From a bacterium (GTDB lineage: Bacteria; Krumholzibacteriota; Krumholzibacteriia; G020349025): DNA of 11,070 nucleotides. Both the position numbers and the translations under genes were made by a program. Shown one piece after another: positions 7,485 through 11,070 of this stretch (position 1 is its first letter; every line of letters starts with the position of its first letter). A model generated the notes under the pieces. The model saw only the letters and a list, made by a program, of their open reading frames with translations, searched no databases and had not been told where the DNA came from. The DNA lies in contig JANLSU010000098.1 of NCBI GenBank assembly GCA_031362565.1, positions 1-11,070 on the forward strand. The letters are read 5' to 3'.

Positions 7485-10316
7485 GTGGTTCGCACAAGCA
7501 TCTTCGCTGCCGCGCTTTTCGCGTTCGCTTCAGGTCGCTCGTTTGCCCGGAGTCCACTCACCGACTCCACCGACGTGCAGATCAGCGCTGCCCTAGAATT
7601 CGAGAATTCCGTGTTTGTCAGTCCACTCGATCCGAACGTCATTCTGGTCGGCAACAACACGGTCGCATCGGGAGTACCACAAGTTAACTTCTGGATCTCG
7701 ACAGATGCCGGAAAGACATGGGCAAGCAACTTCGTATCCCCTCTTCAGTCGACGGATCCTACGGCCGCGATCAGCGGCAACATAGCTCCCAGCGGAAGAT
7801 TTCTCGCGGGTTTTTATCAGGTCAGTCAGCACGACGTGCGTTTGCGCTACAAGGACAACACCTCTAATGCGTGGAGTTCCGACGTGCTTGTTTCAGGCAC
7901 GTATTTGGACAAGCCGCATCTGTGGGTCGACAACAGCATGAATAGCCCGCCGGGGATTCATCGCTACCACATGTACGGTGCCTGGACGCGAGATGCCAAG
8001 GATGTCGAAGGCAACCCAACGAGAGTGGTCCATATCAGGCGATCCATCAACGATGGTGCTACGTGGCCCATTCAACAGGATCTCGACCTGCCGGACGTGC
8101 AAGGTGCCAATATTCAGACAGGACGAACGGGCAGGGTGTACGTCATTGCCACCCGCGTCGCGTTGGGCCTCGGCTTCAGTGAGTCGAAGGAGGACGTGCT
8201 TCCGGATTTCGAGCTCAAGCCGATGATCGAGCTCCCTGCAGCCCACCCGGCCCCATGGTTGCCATCGATGACCGTCGACAAGAGCGACCCGACCCGTGAT
8301 CACCTCTACGTAGTGTGGGCATCCTATACGCCAGGCTCGTTCATCCGGATCATGAAGGGTTCTGCCTTGTTCTCCGGGACGCCCCAGGCTACCGCGGTCG
8401 TCTGGGACACTGCGAACATCGGGACGGTGAATCCGGGTACCGGGCACGGCAGCTTACCCTGGATTGCGTGGGACGAATGCACCGGGATGCTCTCAGTCAC
8501 GTGGCTCGACTTGAGAAACCCGGCTGGTCGAGAAACCTACATTGCCATCGCGCAAACTCGCGACTCTAGTGGAAACTTCTTGGACGCGGACGACCTCGTT
8601 TGGACCGAACTCAAAGTGAGCGACGCGCATATGATCACGCCCACGATCCCAACACCGGGCTATGACTACATCGGCATCGCCGCTGGCGACGGCCGGGTCT
8701 TCCCGGTGTGGTCCGACGACCGCACACAGGAGTCAGCATTCAGACCCTACGTGTCGTCGATCCTCCTTTGGGGCGTGACACAGAGTTCCGTGACCATTGC
8801 GGCGGTCAACAATGGCAACGGCACTATGACCGTAACGTCGCAGTGGGGGACCAACCTGCCGGCGCCGGTTGCCGACCAGGTGACCGTCATGTCGCCTAAC
8901 GGGGTCCAGTACACCAGCAACCCGTGCAGCACCTGTGGGGGATCGGACGGGAAGACGCACGCCCTGACCTTCGCCGGCATCCCGTGCGCGCCGGGTCTCT
9001 GGACGTACACCGTGAAGAGCCAACGCAGTGGCTGTTCCATGAGCCGCACGAGCGACGCAAAGACGTTTTTCGTAGCACCCAGCGTGGCGCTTTTCGGACA
9101 CTGGCCGACCACGGCCGGCAGCGTCGCCAAGTGTCCGGCCGGGGACCCGATTTCGTACGACTACACCGTCGACCTACAGTTCCAGGGCAGTTGTGTTTCG
9201 CAGGTACCTAAGGCGAGGATGACGCTCGAAGCTCTGGCGACAAACCCCGCTCTTCGGAAGCTGGCCTTCTTTCCCCAAGGCGTGCCTCAACCCGCGGATG
9301 CTGACGCGACGTCAGGGGGCGGGTACCAAACGACGATCACAGAGCGACAAGTCGGAGGATGCGGGTCGGATTCTGCTCGGGTCTATCTGGATGGTGTTGC
9401 CGTCGGAAAGGCGTGGGTGCCGTTCGTTCCGAACGTGGATCTGAGCGGTGACGGCTTCGTGGATGCTTCGGACATGCCTCTCTTTGCGATATCGTTCGGG
9501 AAATGCGCCGGATCTGCGGGCTACGACCCGTGCGCCAATTTTGTGGGTTCCTCTGAATGCGTCGATGCGAGCGATCTGTCGGTCCTCGCCACGCACTTCG
9601 GACACAGCTGGAGCAACCCAGTGTTCAAGTCGGGCGGCGCAGCGGGCGCCGTGACGAAGCTGCGAATCGAGCCGGGTACTCCTCCAGGATCGTTGAATGT
9701 CGCGCTGAGGCTCGAGGGGTTGCGGGGGTCTACGGCATTCGGGGTAGTGCTTCGTCCATCCACAAGCAAATTGCAGCGTGGGCGCTGGATACCCCGCACC
9801 GGGTACGAAACAACAACTGTCGCCGTGGATACCCTGGACGCGCAAGGGCGGAGGCTCGCGTTGGTCGCACTCGCAGTGGAGCCGGATGCGGCTGGCAACA
9901 TCGAACTGGGCACCTTGGTCTTCGCAACGTCGGGTGGCGACGTCACGTTGGGTGACCTGCCCATAGTGTACGAGGACGTCGCAGCGCCTGGTGCAGCGAG
10001 GATCGCTGCGAGCGAGGCGCAACCACCGACAACAGCCTACGCCACACAGCTCTTGCCAAACTTTCCGAATCCGTTCAATCCGTCTACTTCGATCCGCTAC
10101 ACGCTCGGCGAGGAGACCGACGTGTGGATCAAGATCTACGACATCGCCGGACGCGAGGTTCGCTCTTTGGTTCACGCTCGAGAAGATGCAGGAGCGCACG
10201 TCGTTGTCTGGGATGGCCGCGACCAGTTCGGGCGGCCTCTCGGTTCCGGACTCTACGCGTACCGCCTGACTGCAGGCAGCACGCAGCAGACACGCAAGCT
10301 TGTGATGCTTCGTTAG
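7485..10316 (+). CDS. Large secreted multidomain protein: Asp-box (BNR/sialidase-like) propeller, Cys-rich beta region, dockerin-like EF-hand pair, cohesin-like domain and FlgD-Ig/T9SS-like CTD
   Basis: The ORF is open from 7407. GTG 7485 has GGAGG 6 nt upstream and yields the signal peptide MVRTSIFAAALFAFASGRSFA. Asp-boxes are STDAGKTW and SINDGATW, with DKPHLWVD, YDYIGIAA and FPVWSDDR also present. DLSGDGFVDASD...CVDASDLSVLATHFG is dockerin-like. CTD: NFPNPFNPSTSIRY...IYDIAGREVRSL...VWDGRD..G....SGLYAYRL.AG.....KLVMLR. Confidence 0.88.
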   Translation: MVRTSIFAAALFAFASGRSFARSPLTDSTDVQISAALEFENSVFVSPLDPNVILVGNNTVASGVPQVNFWISTDAGKTWASNFVSPLQSTDPTAAISGNIAPSGRFLAGFYQVSQHDVRLRYKDNTSNAWSSDVLVSGTYLDKPHLWVDNSMNSPPGIHRYHMYGAWTRDAKDVEGNPTRVVHIRRSINDGATWPIQQDLDLPDVQGANIQTGRTGRVYVIATRVALGLGFSESKEDVLPDFELKPMIELPAAHPAPWLPSMTVDKSDPTRDHLYVVWASYTPGSFIRIMKGSALFSGTPQATAVVWDTANIGTVNPGTGHGSLPWIAWDECTGMLSVTWLDLRNPAGRETYIAIAQTRDSSGNFLDADDLVWTELKVSDAHMITPTIPTPGYDYIGIAAGDGRVFPVWSDDRTQESAFRPYVSSILLWGVTQSSVTIAAVNNGNGTMTVTSQWGTNLPAPVADQVTVMSPNGVQYTSNPCSTCGGSDGKTHALTFAGIPCAPGLWTYTVKSQRSGCSMSRTSDAKTFFVAPSVALFGHWPTTAGSVAKCPAGDPISYDYTVDLQFQGSCVSQVPKARMTLEALATNPALRKLAFFPQGVPQPADADATSGGGYQTTITERQVGGCGSDSARVYLDGVAVGKAWVPFVPNVDLSGDGFVDASDMPLFAISFGKCAGSAGYDPCANFVGSSECVDASDLSVLATHFGHSWSNPVFKSGGAAGAVTKLRIEPGTPPGSLNVALRLEGLRGSTAFGVVLRPSTSKLQRGRWIPRTGYETTTVAVDTLDAQGRRLALVALAVEPDAAGNIELGTLVFATSGGDVTLGDLPIVYEDVAAPGAARIAASEAQPPTTAYATQLLPNFPNPFNPSTSIRYTLGEETDVWIKIYDIAGREVRSLVHAREDAGAHVVVWDGRDQFGRPLGSGLYAYRLTAGSTQQTRKLVMLR

Positions 10317-10319
10317 GGC

Positions 10320-10343
10320 TTGGGCCTCCGCAAAGAGGCCCGA
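10320..10343 (+). terminator. Stem-loop immediately after the large gene (possible terminator or 3' stabiliser)
   Basis: GGGCCTC (10322-10328) pairs with GAGGCCC (10335-10341) around a 6-nt loop. There is no U-tract, so it is not a canonical intrinsic terminator. Confidence 0.35.
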
Positions 10344-10540
10344 CGCGATACTCGCGCTATCGTAGGATCGCTCTTGATGCTGATAGGCAACGGAGCGCCC
10401 AACGCCGCCGCCCGGCAATACTGCGTATGGCAACGGTGCTCGCGGCTTTACCCCAAGCGGCGAGGAGCCGGGACAACAACTTGGGCGCGCGCACGGACTT
10501 CGGTCTTCGGAGGCACCCTGCACCGTCCGCCGCCCGCGCG

Positions 10541-10556
10541 CGGCATGCCGGTTGCT
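10541..10556 (+). promoter_or_regulatory. Sigma-54 (-24/-12) promoter
   Basis: CGGCATGCCGGTTGCT has GG-N10-GC spacing and closely matches TGGCACG-N4-TTGCW. It sits about 47 nt upstream of GTG 10603. Confidence 0.6.
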
Positions 10557-10602
10557 GTCTGGGGTCCCGGAAGCGTTTTTTCCGGCGAGGAGGCCGATTC
10601 AC

Positions 10603-11070
10603 GTGCAGGTCACTACCGAACCCGAGGTCGAGGCGCTCACCATCGCAACCGCCACCGCCGCTCCAGAGAGCCAGCATGTGCGGCTCGTCGTCGACAATTT
10701 GCCCGAGGACCGGCAGCCGCGTTCGGCGGTCCAAGTGCCCTGGAACCGCTCACTCAACATTCCGTGGTGTGATTCACCGTTCCTCGAGCAGCAGATCGCG
10801 GCCGAACAAATGCCCGCGGAGCTTGCAGCGATCGCCCGACGCTATGCGCGCGACGGCTATGTGATCATCGACCCGGAATTCGCGCCCGGCCTCATCGAGG
10901 GTACGATTCAGGACATGAATGGCCGTTACCGCGACGGCGGCGGCGGGGCGTATTCCAGCCCAGGCCGGATTCAGGACAGTTGGCAGTTCAGTGACCACTC
11001 GCGCCGGATCGCCTCCGACCCCAAAGTGCTGGATCTCCTCTATTTCCTCTACCGCCGCCAGCCGGTGCCT
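10603..11070 (+). CDS. Phytanoyl-CoA dioxygenase (PhyH)-family Fe(II)/2OG oxygenase, 3'-truncated
   Basis: Not in the ORF track because it is open at the window end. GAGGAGG (10587-10593) precedes the GTG, followed by 156 open codons including IPWCDSPF, YARDGYVIID and RIQDSWQFSDHSRRIASDPKVLDLLYFLYRRQPVP. The catalytic HxD motif would lie beyond the window. Confidence 0.72.
   Translation, partial: MQVTTEPEVEALTIATATAAPESQHVRLVVDNLPEDRQPRSAVQVPWNRSLNIPWCDSPFLEQQIAAEQMPAELAAIARRYARDGYVIIDPEFAPGLIEGTIQDMNGRYRDGGGGAYSSPGRIQDSWQFSDHSRRIASDPKVLDLLYFLYRRQPVP

Noticed and set aside
9312..10864. ORFs 9312..10523 (-), 10124..10864 (+) and 10320..10772 (+)
   Set aside because: They are Arg/Pro-rich and motif-less, and they overlap the large secreted gene or the better-supported PhyH frame and its promoter.

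Overview
GC-rich bacterial window, by inference from an FCB-related lineage such as Ca. Eisenbacteria (based on the style of the C-terminal PNP/FlgD-Ig sorting domains). From left to right it contains: the 3' end of an M20/AbgB-like amidohydrolase; a translationally coupled pair of a DUF5674-like gene and a small helical protein, probably leaderless; and a convergent ECF sigma factor plus membrane Ser/Thr receptor kinase operon, whose kinase is broken by an in-frame TAG and a frameshift. Next come a decayed C-terminal fragment of an ALDH8/HMSA-type aldehyde dehydrogenase and two tandemly duplicated secreted 7-bladed FG-GAP proteins with a locally divergent segment. A divergent ~950-aa secreted protein follows (Asp-box propeller, Cys-rich middle, dockerin-like, cohesin-like and FlgD-Ig CTD regions). 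The window ends in the 5' part of a PhyH-family dioxygenase gene behind a sigma-54-type promoter. No rRNA, tRNA, CRISPR or transposase was seen. All family calls come from motif recognition by eye, not database searches.
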